NCBI GenBank assembly: GCA_964525185.1
Contig: CAZGFQ010000006.1
Location: 3,573-67,572, forward strand
Source: an uncultured bacterium
GTDB lineage: Bacteria > Fidelibacterota > Marinisomatia > Marinisomatales > UBA1611
Length of the DNA: 64,000 bases
Direction of reading: 5' to 3'
The notes beneath the pieces were generated by a model that was not told the origin of the DNA, did no database searches, and saw only the letters and a list, made by a program, of their open reading frames with translations. Every line of letters starts with the position of its first letter. Position 1 is the stretch's first letter. This document shows positions 1 through 9,783 of the stretch, one piece after another. A program made the position numbers and the translations under genes.

Positions 1-402
1 TAAACTATGTATTGCCTTGCCTAATTCCTGCCGAACAATGGGAATCATGCCATATTTTTTTACAATAGCTCCATACAGCGGATACTTTAATTGTTCATAC
101 GCACCTACACCAGTCACATAATGACGACAAGTCGCTCCTAACATAAAATGGTCAAACATAGATTCATGATTTATCATATATAAATAAGGTTCCCCAGATG
201 ATGAAGGCGGAGTTCCTTTTGTTGTTAAATATTGCCCTGCTGATAAAAGCACTATTTTACACATGGGTCTTAAATAATAATGTAAATGCCTTTTTGGCAG
301 TATCATAATTAATATATAAAGTATTGATCCTGTTATTAGGAATGTGGTCATGAACAATGGCCATATAAATATGGATATAATTGTTTTAAATAATCCAGTC
401 AT
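1..402 (-). CDS. 1-acyl-sn-glycerol-3-phosphate acyltransferase family protein (N-terminal part; gene runs off the window start)
   Basis: Absent from the ORF track because there is no stop in the window. My minus-strand translation from ATG 402-400 reads MTGLFKTIISIFIWPLFMTTFLITGSILYILIM...GEPYLYMINHESMFDHFMLGATCRHYVTGVGAYEQLKYPLYGAIVKKYGMIPIVRQELGKAIHSL. It shows an N-terminal TM helix followed by the NHxSxxD (HX4D) acyltransferase motif. It overlaps the mutY 3' end by 17 nt. Confidence 0.6.
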   Translation of the reverse strand, partial: MTGLFKTIISIFIWPLFMTTFLITGSILYILIMILPKRHLHYYLRPMCKIVLLSAGQYLTTKGTPPSSSGEPYLYMINHESMFDHFMLGATCRHYVTGVGAYEQLKYPLYGAIVKKYGMIPIVRQELGKAIHSL

Positions 403-1456
403 TTTGATCTAATATTTTAAATAGTTTATGATTAGCCGCAGGAAATGGGTATTGCTTTATTTCTTTTGGAGTAATCCAAGTATTTGGTAGTTCTGTTTTG
501 GGTGTTTGCCCGTCTATAAAACAATGGAATACATTTAAATCAATCGAAAAATGACTAAATATATGTTTCACTACACCAGCTTTACTGTGTATGATTGGAT
601 CTACATCACACTCTTCTTTCAATTCTCGTTTTAAGGCATCTTCAATAGATTCACCTTTTTCTACTTTTCCTCCTGGAAATTCCCATAAGCCACCTAATAA
701 ACTTTTTTGTTTTCGTTTTTGAATAAAAAATTTATCCTGATCCCAAATGAGCCCCGCTGCCACATTGTAATGAGGTGATTTTTTCTTTTTTATCTTTTCT
801 GGGTACAATTCCGGATTGCCAGAATTCATCGCCGAACATATGGTGTTTAATGGACAGTTTTCACATTTAGGCTTTTTTGGCGTACAAATCAATGAACCTA
901 AATCCATTAAAGCTTGATTAAAGTCTCCTGGTCTGTGTTGATCAATTTCATTTTGTAAATAATTTTTTATCCGTACTTGAGCGTGTTGACCCATTTTTTT
1001 TCGACCTAAAATTCGAGAGGTAACACGACGAATATTTCCATCAATTGTTGGTATAGGTTTATTAAATGCAATGGACATAACAGCCGCGGCTGTATATGGC
1101 CCTACACCAGGAAGGGATAAAAAATCACTATAATTACTAGGTATTTTTCCATCATAATTATTCATTACAATTTGTGTGGCCTTATGAAAATTCCTACATC
1201 GAGAATAATACCCTAATCCTTCCCACAATTTTAAAATATTTTGCTCAGTTGCATTTGCAACATCTTTTAATGTGGGGAATTTATGTATCCATCGATTAAA
1301 GTATGGAATAACTGTGTCGACCTGAGTTTGTTGAAGCATTATTTCTGACAGCCATGTAATATATGGATTATTTACATCCCTAAATGGTAAATCGCGTTTA
1401 TGTTCATCATACCAAGATAATATATTTTCTTTGAATAACATATTTGTATTATACAA
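386..1456 (-). CDS. mutY: A/G-specific adenine DNA glycosylase MutY
   Basis: HhH-GPD region (WLSEIMLQQTQV, GLGYYSR), a 4-Cys Fe-S loop (CTPKKPKCENCPLNTIC) and a C-terminal NUDIX-like domain (GGLWEFPGGKVEKGES). Confidence 0.9.
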   Translation of the reverse strand: MYNTNMLFKENILSWYDEHKRDLPFRDVNNPYITWLSEIMLQQTQVDTVIPYFNRWIHKFPTLKDVANATEQNILKLWEGLGYYSRCRNFHKATQIVMNNYDGKIPSNYSDFLSLPGVGPYTAAAVMSIAFNKPIPTIDGNIRRVTSRILGRKKMGQHAQVRIKNYLQNEIDQHRPGDFNQALMDLGSLICTPKKPKCENCPLNTICSAMNSGNPELYPEKIKKKKSPHYNVAAGLIWDQDKFFIQKRKQKSLLGGLWEFPGGKVEKGESIEDALKRELKEECDVDPIIHSKAGVVKHIFSHFSIDLNVFHCFIDGQTPKTELPNTWITPKEIKQYPFPAANHKLFKILDQNDWII

Positions 1457-1883
1457 TTTTATTTTTATCTAAAATGTATTTAGATAACGTCCATTGAAAT
1501 GATGACAGGATTTCTCTTACTTCATCTCGATCATCCTCAGAAATTGTTAACTCTATTTTTTCTCCCAATGCGTCAATATTCAATTCAACTTCCTCTTGAA
1601 TTCTCGTTCCAACCTCAGTTAATCGCACAAGCATGACGCGCCTATCATATGGGTCTTTTTCTTTTTCTACCCACCTTTTTTTTATTAGCCCATCAACCAT
1701 ACGTGTAGCTGTACTGTTATCAATACCTAAAGTGTGTGAAAAAGCGGACATATCTATTCCACGATCGGGTATAATTGAAATGGCTAGCGCTTGTGGGAGA
1801 GAAAGAGAAGTAGACGCTATTTCAGTACGGTATAATCCCTGAAGGTTTAGTAAAAACGATTTTAATAATTCCCCAAATTCCAT
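1449..1883 (-). CDS. MarR-family winged-helix transcriptional regulator
   Basis: 144 aa with a typical MarR core (LSLPQALAISII...STATRMVDGLIKKRWVEKEKDPYDRRVMLVRLTEVG). Overlaps the mutY start by 8 nt. Confidence 0.75.
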   Translation of the reverse strand: MEFGELLKSFLLNLQGLYRTEIASTSLSLPQALAISIIPDRGIDMSAFSHTLGIDNSTATRMVDGLIKKRWVEKEKDPYDRRVMLVRLTEVGTRIQEEVELNIDALGEKIELTISEDDRDEVREILSSFQWTLSKYILDKNKIV

Positions 1884-1900
1884 ATTTGTATATTACAAAT
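1884..1900. promoter_or_regulatory. Perfect 7+3+7 inverted repeat ATTTGTA-TAT-TACAAAT abutting the marR-like start codon (candidate operator)
   Basis: Read directly from the sequence. It lies in the 40-nt gap between the lipase stop (1924) and the MarR-like ATG (1883). Confidence 0.3.
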
Positions 1901-1923
1901 ACTTATTCCATATTCAAAGAAAT

Positions 1924-3129
1924 CTAATCAAATGGTAAATTCACTAACCTTTTTGCATGATTAATATATAATGATTTTGCTTTATTCCATTCTTCGGGCG
2001 ATAGTGTATGTCCAATCACACTCCAATGGTCTAAATCGTATGGTCCCAATGTATACCACTGCCCGGGGATCAATAAATCATTTTCTTGATATTCAATAAT
2101 GGGGTCTGGTCCATTTACTCCCGTTTTTGGCCCTGTCATAGAAATTGTATTAACAACACCGTCGTTATTAAACCATGTTGAATCTGTAGATGATCCGTCT
2201 TTCCAATAAGAAATTGCAGATCCTAATATTTTTGCCCTTGGTCGAGTTAAGAGAGTAGCGTCCTGTCTAGGGAGATAGAAACCCGTTAATGTGTCTAAAT
2301 ATGTAGCTGTTGTTTGAAATGAAAAATAATAAACATTTGGATCCACAATTAGAGATCCATTTAATTCTTTTGCACCTTCCAAACTTAAATCCCATGCGCA
2401 AATATTTTTGGTTCCCCACGCAGGGTGATCTTTCATTCTTCGCCGATATGATGACCATGTTTCATTATCTCCTCTTGTAAACCCCCATTGTTCTAAGTCA
2501 AAATTATAAAAGCCAGACCCAACCACATCTGCAATCCCAATAATATTTTGAAGATACGGAAATGTTTTGGTCATAATATTAGCTAAGGTTGTGCCATCAT
2601 GCGGTGTAGAAACACTTGAAATGGATGCAATCCACCCATTTTGTTCAATGCCAAGTAATTCGCTATTTTCAGGTATAATATTCACAGTATCAGAAAAAAC
2701 AACCTGAGACAATTGATATTGTAACATTCGAATTGTTTGTCCGCCCATACTGTGCCCTACTAAATGGACCGGATGATTTTCGTCCCATTCTGGGTATATA
2801 CCGTCATACTTTTTCCCAGGTTTTTGGATAATTCCATATTTATTGGCATGTGCTTCACCATAATCAACTTCTCCGCCTTTTAATTGAGTATAAACTTCAA
2901 TGGCGCGCTCCCAATTAGATGACACGGGGCCTACTGAAACAGTAAATACTTTATAGCCTTCTTCTTCTAGTAATGCTTCTAAATCATGTTGGCCACCCCA
3001 ATATTTATAACCGCCTAATTCTTCCGGTCCCCACCCTAAAAATCCGTGAACCAAAACAATGGGATAATTATTTTCTGCTTTTAGGAATACAGTCGAAAGA
3101 GCAAATAAAAGAATGAATATTTTCTTCAA
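1924..3129 (-). CDS. Secreted triacylglycerol lipase (alpha/beta hydrolase, Staphylococcus/Geobacillus-type family I.5/I.6-like)
   Basis: Signal peptide, oxyanion motif PIVLVHGFLGWG and nucleophile elbow HLVGHSMGGQTIR. Confidence 0.8.
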   Translation of the reverse strand: MKKIFILLFALSTVFLKAENNYPIVLVHGFLGWGPEELGGYKYWGGQHDLEALLEEEGYKVFTVSVGPVSSNWERAIEVYTQLKGGEVDYGEAHANKYGIIQKPGKKYDGIYPEWDENHPVHLVGHSMGGQTIRMLQYQLSQVVFSDTVNIIPENSELLGIEQNGWIASISSVSTPHDGTTLANIMTKTFPYLQNIIGIADVVGSGFYNFDLEQWGFTRGDNETWSSYRRRMKDHPAWGTKNICAWDLSLEGAKELNGSLIVDPNVYYFSFQTTATYLDTLTGFYLPRQDATLLTRPRAKILGSAISYWKDGSSTDSTWFNNDGVVNTISMTGPKTGVNGPDPIIEYQENDLLIPGQWYTLGPYDLDHWSVIGHTLSPEEWNKAKSLYINHAKRLVNLPFD

Positions 3130-4037
3130 AATTTTCCTCCAAATTCAATGCCATTGACCCATCCTCCTGTGCCATAAAAATATGACCCAATTCCAATACT
3201 AAAATCTTTTCCGGAATAACTTAAACCAAACCCTGTCCCGCTAATTGCGCTTTGTGAAACTGATTGTTGAATATTTTGATTCTTTCTTTCTGATGAAGTT
3301 CCCAATCGAATTTGTATTCCATTGGTTAGTTTAAATTCGCCAGACAAAATAACATTTAATTCATCTGTCTGAAATGAATATGGCGCTTCTAACATAATTT
3401 GCAAGGGCAAGTGCGCCAACTTTTTAGAAAGACTAATGGCGGCACGAAACGGAAGCGTTTCTTTATATTCTGTGTAGCTTGATAAAGGAAGGCCGACATT
3501 TTCTACATTTAATCCAACAGAAGATTGAATGCGTTGAATATCTAGTAAAATACCTCCATTGAAAGCAATAGCTAAAGATGAATAATTATATAATTGGCTA
3601 TAAAAAAGTGATGAACTCGCGCCCCATCTAATTGGAATATTTGAAATCTTTTTACTAATGGACCCTGTAATCATTGTTTCGCCAGATTGATATTTTCCCG
3701 TTTCATTAGCGTTTTCATCATATCCATCAAATATTCCGAAAGATTGATGCCTAAAGCTTAAGCTCTTATTCAACTTTTCCGATGGAAACAAAATAGAAAA
3801 TGATTTCAAACGAATATCCGCCGGGAATTGAATTAAACTTGCTTGGAATTGTCGCTGACTTTCATATGAAAGAACTGCCGGATTAAGACGATCACCTTCT
3901 GCACCATATAATATTCTTCCGCCGCCAGCCAATGCAATCGTGGGTGTATGCGACCAGGTTAATAATCCCGGATAAGAAATATTTCCAAAAACACAGGTTA
4001 ATCCCAGCGCAAATATTGTAATTATTTTTTTCATCAT
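3126..4037 (-). CDS. Outer-membrane beta-barrel protein, possibly PorV/PorQ-like
   Basis: Signal peptide, alternating beta-strand pattern and terminal Phe (GIEFGGKF). The N-terminal ALAGGGRILYGAEGDRLNPAVLS resembles the AMGGA...NPAG motif of the two PorV/PorQ-like proteins further along. Has 4-nt overlaps with priA (upstream) and the lipase (downstream). Confidence 0.4.
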   Translation of the reverse strand: MMKKIITIFALGLTCVFGNISYPGLLTWSHTPTIALAGGGRILYGAEGDRLNPAVLSYESQRQFQASLIQFPADIRLKSFSILFPSEKLNKSLSFRHQSFGIFDGYDENANETGKYQSGETMITGSISKKISNIPIRWGASSSLFYSQLYNYSSLAIAFNGGILLDIQRIQSSVGLNVENVGLPLSSYTEYKETLPFRAAISLSKKLAHLPLQIMLEAPYSFQTDELNVILSGEFKLTNGIQIRLGTSSERKNQNIQQSVSQSAISGTGFGLSYSGKDFSIGIGSYFYGTGGWVNGIEFGGKF

Positions 4038-6265
4038 AGTAAACTTAGCGGATTTACATTAACACTCATTTTTATATGGTTGGATTTCATTTGTGTTTCA
4101 AAAAAGTTTTTTTCTAAAAAGGAATGTAATTTATTTCCGTTCGGGTCCAATTCTCTTGATATCTTAAAAACGATTTGAGCCCTATAATTCCCTCTAAGTT
4201 TTTCAAAATAACATGGCGCAGGTCCTAATACATCCAATCCTTTAAATCTTCCTTTTAGCTTTTGCGTCATTTTAACAGAAGAATTTTCAACTAATTTTTG
4301 ATTTTGACCTGTAAAAACAACCTTTGCTATCCAACTAAACGGGGGATAGTTCAGCTCTTTTCTTTCGCTCATAATTATATTATAATATGCTTTTAAGTCG
4401 AGTTTTGCGGCTTTTTTAATAACTGGGTTTTCGCTATTATATGTCTGGATGACAACTTCACCAAGTTTAGATCCTCTTCCCGCTCTTCCTGATGCTTGAT
4501 AAATTAATTGAAATATCCTTTCTCCAGCGCGAAAATCTGGTAAATGAAGCCCCACATCTGCGTTAATAATTCCAACTAAAGTAGCATTGCCAAAATCTAA
4601 TCCTTTAGCAATCATTTGAGTGCCAAGTAAAATATCAATTTCGCCTTTTTCAAATGACTGTAGTATAGCTGTTATTTTTGCACCTGATTTTGTTGTATCT
4701 AGATCTAATCGCTTTATATTTGCTTTCGGAAATGTTTCTACAAGAATATCTTCCACGCGCTGTGTCCCTGTCCCGAAAAATTTCATATTTGGAGAATGGC
4801 ACAATTTGCAAGATTCACTTATTCCATCCGGTGAATATCCGCAATAATGACAAATGAGTTTTTTATTATTTCTGTGAAATGTTAATGATACATTGCAATG
4901 TTTACATGAAACAACTTCACCGCAATCGCCACACCTCATTACTGGAGAATAGCCACGTCTGTTTTGTAACAATATTACTTGTTCGCCTTTTCCGAGTCTA
5001 TCTTCTATTTTATCTTGAAGGAGTCCTGAAAGTATTAATCCATATTTCCCCGACTCTTCTTGATCTTTTATCATATCAACAATATGAGTTTGCGGATATT
5101 TTGCACCACCAAATCTTTTTGACAGGTGCAATAAATCTAATTTACCTAATATTTGGTTATAATAACTTTCCAAACTTGGTGTTGCGCTTGCCAATACAAC
5201 AGCAGATTTTTCAAATCTCCCTCGAACTAACGCAACATCCCTGGCATGATATCGTGGTGCGGGTGCTTCTTGCTTAAAAGAACTTTCTTGTTCTTCGTCT
5301 ATCACAATGAGTCCCACGTTTTTTAATGGGGAAAAAATGGCACTTCGGGCACCAATAACAACTTTAAAAGTTCCACTACAAATTTCTTTCCAAGTCCAAG
5401 CCCTTTGTGCGGCTGTAAGCTTTGAATGCCATAATGCAACTTCTTCACCAAAAACAGATCGAAAACGACCAGCAATCTGAGGGGTTAAACTAATTTCGGG
5501 TAACAAAATAATTACAGTTTTCCCCGATTGAATCGCCTTCCGAGCGGCTTCAATATATATTTCAGTTTTTCCGCTCCCTGTAACACCATGTAACAAAAAG
5601 GGTTTGTATTTTTTATCAGAAATCGCTTTTGATATTTTATCAATTGTTTTTGTTTGTTCATTGTTAAACTTTATTTCTTTTTCGACTGGATCAAAAGAAA
5701 ACCCAGTAACATCGGGCGGTGAAATGATTTCCGACATTCTTACAAATCCTTTTGATTCCAGATTTCTACATATATCTAATGGATTGGAAACAAATTCATT
5801 TAAGGTACTTATTAATGTGCGTTTTTTAGAGTGAAAGAGGATTTCAGCTATTTTTTGTTGCGCTTTTGCTCTAATTGGTATTGACAATAAATCTTTTTCT
5901 AAAAATGAATCGCAAATTTCAACCATCCATTTTGTAGGTGGTTTATATTTTAGTGATAATGATGCTGGAAGTACACTTTTTGCAACTTGCCCTAAAGGCG
6001 TTAAATAATATTGACTCATCCATAAAATAACATTCCAAAGGTGTTTACTTAAAATGGGCCTACTATCTACAACATCCGAAATAGATTTAGTTTTTCCTTT
6101 AAAAGAATTTGTTTTTGAGACGCCTACTATAATCCCAACAACCACCCGTTTTCCAAAAGGTGTTTTGACACGTATACCTATTTCAATACTCTTCTGAAAT
6201 GGTTCAGGAACTTTATAGGTGAACGTCTGGTAACTAGATATTGGAAATGCTACTTGTACAAACAT
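4034..6265 (-). CDS. priA: Primosomal protein N' (replication restart helicase PriA)
   Basis: Walker A GVTGSGKTE, DEEQ box and a Cys-rich zinc region (CGDCGEVVSCKHCNVSLTFH...CHYCG). Confidence 0.9.
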   Translation of the reverse strand: MFVQVAFPISSYQTFTYKVPEPFQKSIEIGIRVKTPFGKRVVVGIIVGVSKTNSFKGKTKSISDVVDSRPILSKHLWNVILWMSQYYLTPLGQVAKSVLPASLSLKYKPPTKWMVEICDSFLEKDLLSIPIRAKAQQKIAEILFHSKKRTLISTLNEFVSNPLDICRNLESKGFVRMSEIISPPDVTGFSFDPVEKEIKFNNEQTKTIDKISKAISDKKYKPFLLHGVTGSGKTEIYIEAARKAIQSGKTVIILLPEISLTPQIAGRFRSVFGEEVALWHSKLTAAQRAWTWKEICSGTFKVVIGARSAIFSPLKNVGLIVIDEEQESSFKQEAPAPRYHARDVALVRGRFEKSAVVLASATPSLESYYNQILGKLDLLHLSKRFGGAKYPQTHIVDMIKDQEESGKYGLILSGLLQDKIEDRLGKGEQVILLQNRRGYSPVMRCGDCGEVVSCKHCNVSLTFHRNNKKLICHYCGYSPDGISESCKLCHSPNMKFFGTGTQRVEDILVETFPKANIKRLDLDTTKSGAKITAILQSFEKGEIDILLGTQMIAKGLDFGNATLVGIINADVGLHLPDFRAGERIFQLIYQASGRAGRGSKLGEVVIQTYNSENPVIKKAAKLDLKAYYNIIMSERKELNYPPFSWIAKVVFTGQNQKLVENSSVKMTQKLKGRFKGLDVLGPAPCYFEKLRGNYRAQIVFKISRELDPNGNKLHSFLEKNFFETQMKSNHIKMSVNVNPLSLL

Positions 6266-6334
6266 GGTTAAAATTGTTGAAAGTTTGGACAGTAATGAAA
6301 GAAAAACGTTTGAATATTTATATTTATTTTAAGT

Positions 6335-6368
6335 AAAAAAAAAGCCTCCATATAAGGAGGCTTTTTTT
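6335..6368 (-). terminator. Rho-independent (bidirectional) terminator after rplI
   Basis: A9-GCCTCC-ATATAA-GGAGGC-T7. On the minus strand the hairpin is followed by a 9-U run, 15 nt after the rplI stop. Confidence 0.85.
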
Positions 6369-6382
6369 GCAATGAATTCATT

Positions 6383-6826
6383 TTATGTTGTAATAACATA
6401 AACCTTAATTTCGCCACTTAACTCAGATGTGACCTTCACTGGAATTCGATAAATGCCTAAAGCTTTTATTGGCTCTTCTAAAAGAATATTATGTCTTTCA
6501 ACAGATAATCCTTTTTCTTCTAAACTTTTTTGAAGATCCATTGTTGTTACAGACCCAAACATTTTTTCATCATCACCAACTTGAACTTCAATTGTAATTT
6601 CAGCTTTATTTAATTCCGCCAACTGGCTTTCAAATGCAGCTGCTTCTCTTTTGATTCGAGATTTAACAACTTTTTTTCGTTCATCTGCAATTGCTCTGTT
6701 TTTCTTTGATGCTCGTAAGGCTAATCCTTCCGGAATAAGTTTATTCCTAGCATATCCAGGTTTTACCCGAATAATATCTCCTGCTTCACCTAAACTATCT
6801 ACATCATGTAATAATATAATTTCCAT
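6383..6826 (-). CDS. rplI: 50S ribosomal protein L9
   Basis: MEIILLHDVDSLGEAGDIIRVKPGYARNKLIPEGLA is a classic L9 N-terminus. Confidence 0.95.
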   Translation of the reverse strand: MEIILLHDVDSLGEAGDIIRVKPGYARNKLIPEGLALRASKKNRAIADERKKVVKSRIKREAAAFESQLAELNKAEITIEVQVGDDEKMFGSVTTMDLQKSLEEKGLSVERHNILLEEPIKALGIYRIPVKVTSELSGEIKVYVITT

Positions 6827-6840
6827 TTGTAAACCTCCCT

Positions 6841-7068
6841 TTATTCAACGCCAGTATCAGAAAACGGCATAAGACCAATCATTCTGGATTGTTTAATTGC
6901 TCTAACAAGTTTACGATGCATTTTTGCGCTTGTACCTGTTACGCGTCTTGGCATGATTTTCCCTTGATCGTTTACAAAACGACGGAGAAGTTTCACATCC
7001 TTGTAATCCACCTCTGAAACGTTGTTTTCTTTAAAATAACAATATTTTCTTCTTGATGTAAAAGCCAT
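6841..7068 (-). CDS. rpsR: 30S ribosomal protein S18
   Basis: 75 aa containing YKDVKLLRRFVNDQGKIMPRRVTGTSAKMHRKLVRAIKQSR. Confidence 0.95.
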   Translation of the reverse strand: MAFTSRRKYCYFKENNVSEVDYKDVKLLRRFVNDQGKIMPRRVTGTSAKMHRKLVRAIKQSRMIGLMPFSDTGVE

Positions 7069-7604
7069 TATTCGGTCTCCTTTTCTGTATCGTCTGATTC
7101 AGTCGTTTCGTCTGGTACTTCTTCGGTTTCAACAGTTTCTTCAGAAGTTTCTTTTTCTTCTTCTACCACATCATCAACGTCATTATCACTAGATTCAACT
7201 TCATCTGGTGTTGCTTCAGTTTCAACGGTTTCTTCTGGGATAGGTTTTTCTTCTTCTTTTTCTGTTGCTTTTCCTTCAGTTTTTTCAAAAACTGGAGCAT
7301 CAATCTTTGGCGGTTCAACTTCCAAGCGAGTTGTTAAATGACGTAATACGGATGTATTTAATTTCAGCCACGTATCAAATTCAGCCATCGCCCCTGTTTC
7401 TCCCCCTGCGTATTGCATTAGAATAAAAGTGCCATACTTTTGTTTTTGAATAGGATAAGCTAAACGTTTTTTACCCCAAACATGATGGTTAATTGTTTTT
7501 GATTTAGTTTTTTGTAATTCTACGCCAACTTCTGAAATAATTGTTTCTACTTTTTTATCTTCAAAGTTGGGATTTACGATATACAACGTTTCATAATATC
7601 TCAT
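7068..7604 (-). CDS. rpsF: 30S ribosomal protein S6 with a long acidic C-terminal tail
   Basis: MRYYETLYIVNPN is an S6 N-terminus. I prefer the second ATG (7604), which follows an AAGGA Shine-Dalgarno; the ORF-track start at 7628 overlaps hppA. The tail is E/D/T-rich and carries EETVETE twice. Confidence 0.9.
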   Translation of the reverse strand: MRYYETLYIVNPNFEDKKVETIISEVGVELQKTKSKTINHHVWGKKRLAYPIQKQKYGTFILMQYAGGETGAMAEFDTWLKLNTSVLRHLTTRLEVEPPKIDAPVFEKTEGKATEKEEEKPIPEETVETEATPDEVESSDNDVDDVVEEEKETSEETVETEEVPDETTESDDTEKETE

Positions 7605-7620
7605 TGTTTTTTTCCTTTCA

Positions 7621-9762
7621 CTAGGCAATCAATGGTGCAATTACCAATGATACCACAGACATTAATTTGATTAAAATATTTAGAGACGGTCCAGATGTAT
7701 CCTTAAAAGGATCGCCAACAGTATCGCCTACAACAGCTGCTTTATGAGCATCAGATCCCTTTTGGAGTTTTTCGCCAGAAACGTCCACACCTTCTTCAAT
7801 CATTTTTTTAGCATTATCCCATGCTCCTCCAGCATTGGATTGAAATATGGCCATCAAAACACCCGTCACTGTTACACCAGCAAGTAGTCCGCCTAACGTT
7901 TCTGCTCCAAACACAAAGCCCACAATCACAGGTGATGAAATGGCTAAAAGGCCAGGTAAAACCATTTCTTTAATCGCGGATTGAGTAGAAATTTCTACAC
8001 ATTTCCCATGTTCAGCTTTTCCTAATGCATCTTCATACATAGCTCGATCGTCTTCATCCCAATCGTTTTCACCTTTAAGATTCATAAGGTCTAAAGCTTT
8101 TTTTAATTCAGGGATATCTCGGAATTGGCGTCTAACTTCCTCAATCATTGCCATTGCTGCGCGTCCCACAGCCCCCATCGCCATTGATGAGAATAAAAAC
8201 GGTAACATTCCACCTACAAATAATCCCGCCATTACCATAGGATTTGAAATATCAATAGAATCAATACCTGTTTGAACCATAAAGGCTGCAAATAGTGCTA
8301 ACGCAGTAAGAGCAGCTGAACCAATAGCAAATCCTTTACCGATTGCAGCTGTTGTATTTCCAACCGCATCTAATTTGTCCGTTCGTTCACGAACTTCTGC
8401 TGGCAATTCCGCCATTTCAGCAATTCCGCCTGCATTATCAGAAATAGGACCATAAGCATCCACAGCAAGCTGAATTCCAGTGTTTGCTAACATTCCAAGT
8501 GCTGCCATTGCAATTCCATATAGTCCGGCAAAATGATGCGCACCCATTATACCAGCAGCTAAAATCATAATCGGTACAGCTGTTGATTGCATTCCAACGC
8601 CCAATCCTGCAATAATATTAGTAGCGGGGCCAGTTAAAGATTGTTTAACAATTGACAATACCGGTGAAGTTCCTGTTCCCGTATAATGTTCCGTAATAAG
8701 CCCAATACCTAAACCTGCAATTAAACCAATTACTGTGGCATAGAAAACTCCCATGCTTGTAAAAGTAATGCCACCTTGGACAAATGTTTCAGGAAGAAAT
8801 GATTGAATTAAAAAATAAATTGCTGCAATCATTATTGCAGAACTACCAAATTCACCTTGGTTTAATGCTTTTTGCGGGTCGCCACCTTCTTTAACAGACA
8901 CCATAAAAGTACCAATTATGGAAACTATAATTCCTGAAGCCGCAATAAATAGAGGTAATAAAACAAAATTAATATTAAAAACTCCAGCAGCTAAAATACT
9001 TGCCCCAAGCACCATTGAACCGACAATTGAACCTACGTAAGATTCAAATAAATCTGCACCCATTCCAGCTACATCACCTACATTATCTCCAACATTATCT
9101 GCAATCGTCGCAGGATTCAATGGATGATCTTCAGGTATACCAGCTTCAACTTTACCAACGAGGTCTGCACCAACATCAGCAGCTTTGGTATAAATTCCGC
9201 CTCCTACACGGGCAAATAATGCAATAGATGATGCGCCTAGAGAAAACCCTGAAATCACATTTAATACTATCTTTATATTAATTGCATCAGAACCAAAGTG
9301 GTTAGAGTAATAGATAAATAAACCGCCTAATCCAAGAACGCCTAATCCAACCACACTTAATCCCATGACAGAACCGCCAGTAAAGGCAACATTTAATGCT
9401 GTCGCTAAACTCGTTCTCGCAGCATGTGTGGTACGGTTATTTGCTTTTGTAGCCACTTTCATTCCTAAAAAGCCCGCTAAAGCAGAAGCAATAGCTCCCA
9501 CAATAAACGATAATGAGATTAACATACTAGAATCTTGTCTTCCAGCGTTTGCAAACCCAAGTAATACGGCTACAGCAATTACAAATATACTTAATACACG
9601 ATATTCAGCTTTTAAAAAAGCCATCGCACCATCAGCTATACTTGCACCAATTTGCTTCATTCGGTTAGTACCTTCATTTTGTTTGTTAATCCAGCTTGTT
9701 TTCCAAAATGAAAACAGCATGGCTAACGCACCTGCACCAACAACTAATAATAAATTATTCAT
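7621..9762 (-). CDS. hppA: Membrane-integral ion-pumping pyrophosphatase (K+-dependent type)
   Basis: Signature [55 protein letters not shown] and many TM helices. Ala in [13 protein letters not shown] marks the K+-dependent subfamily. Confidence 0.95.
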   Translation of the reverse strand: MNNLLLVVGAGALAMLFSFWKTSWINKQNEGTNRMKQIGASIADGAMAFLKAEYRVLSIFVIAVAVLLGFANAGRQDSSMLISLSFIVGAIASALAGFLGMKVATKANNRTTHAARTSLATALNVAFTGGSVMGLSVVGLGVLGLGGLFIYYSNHFGSDAINIKIVLNVISGFSLGASSIALFARVGGGIYTKAADVGADLVGKVEAGIPEDHPLNPATIADNVGDNVGDVAGMGADLFESYVGSIVGSMVLGASILAAGVFNINFVLLPLFIAASGIIVSIIGTFMVSVKEGGDPQKALNQGEFGSSAIMIAAIYFLIQSFLPETFVQGGITFTSMGVFYATVIGLIAGLGIGLITEHYTGTGTSPVLSIVKQSLTGPATNIIAGLGVGMQSTAVPIMILAAGIMGAHHFAGLYGIAMAALGMLANTGIQLAVDAYGPISDNAGGIAEMAELPAEVRERTDKLDAVGNTTAAIGKGFAIGSAALTALALFAAFMVQTGIDSIDISNPMVMAGLFVGGMLPFLFSSMAMGAVGRAAMAMIEEVRRQFRDIPELKKALDLMNLKGENDWDEDDRAMYEDALGKAEHGKCVEISTQSAIKEMVLPGLLAISSPVIVGFVFGAETLGGLLAGVTVTGVLMAIFQSNAGGAWDNAKKMIEEGVDVSGEKLQKGSDAHKAAVVGDTVGDPFKDTSGPSLNILIKLMSVVSLVIAPLIA

Positions 9763-9783
9763 TAATACTTGATCCTTTGTTCA

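Noticed and set aside
4879-5277. Antisense or alternate-frame ORFs inside well-supported genes. Examples: 1633-1842, 4879-5277, 9365-9772, 14670-14987, 35320-35649, 38387-38752, 41880-42227, 49358-49591 and 53515-53985.
   Set aside because: They lie entirely within genes that have strong family signatures on the other strand or frame. They have low-complexity or odd composition and no ribosome-binding context. They are shadow ORFs.
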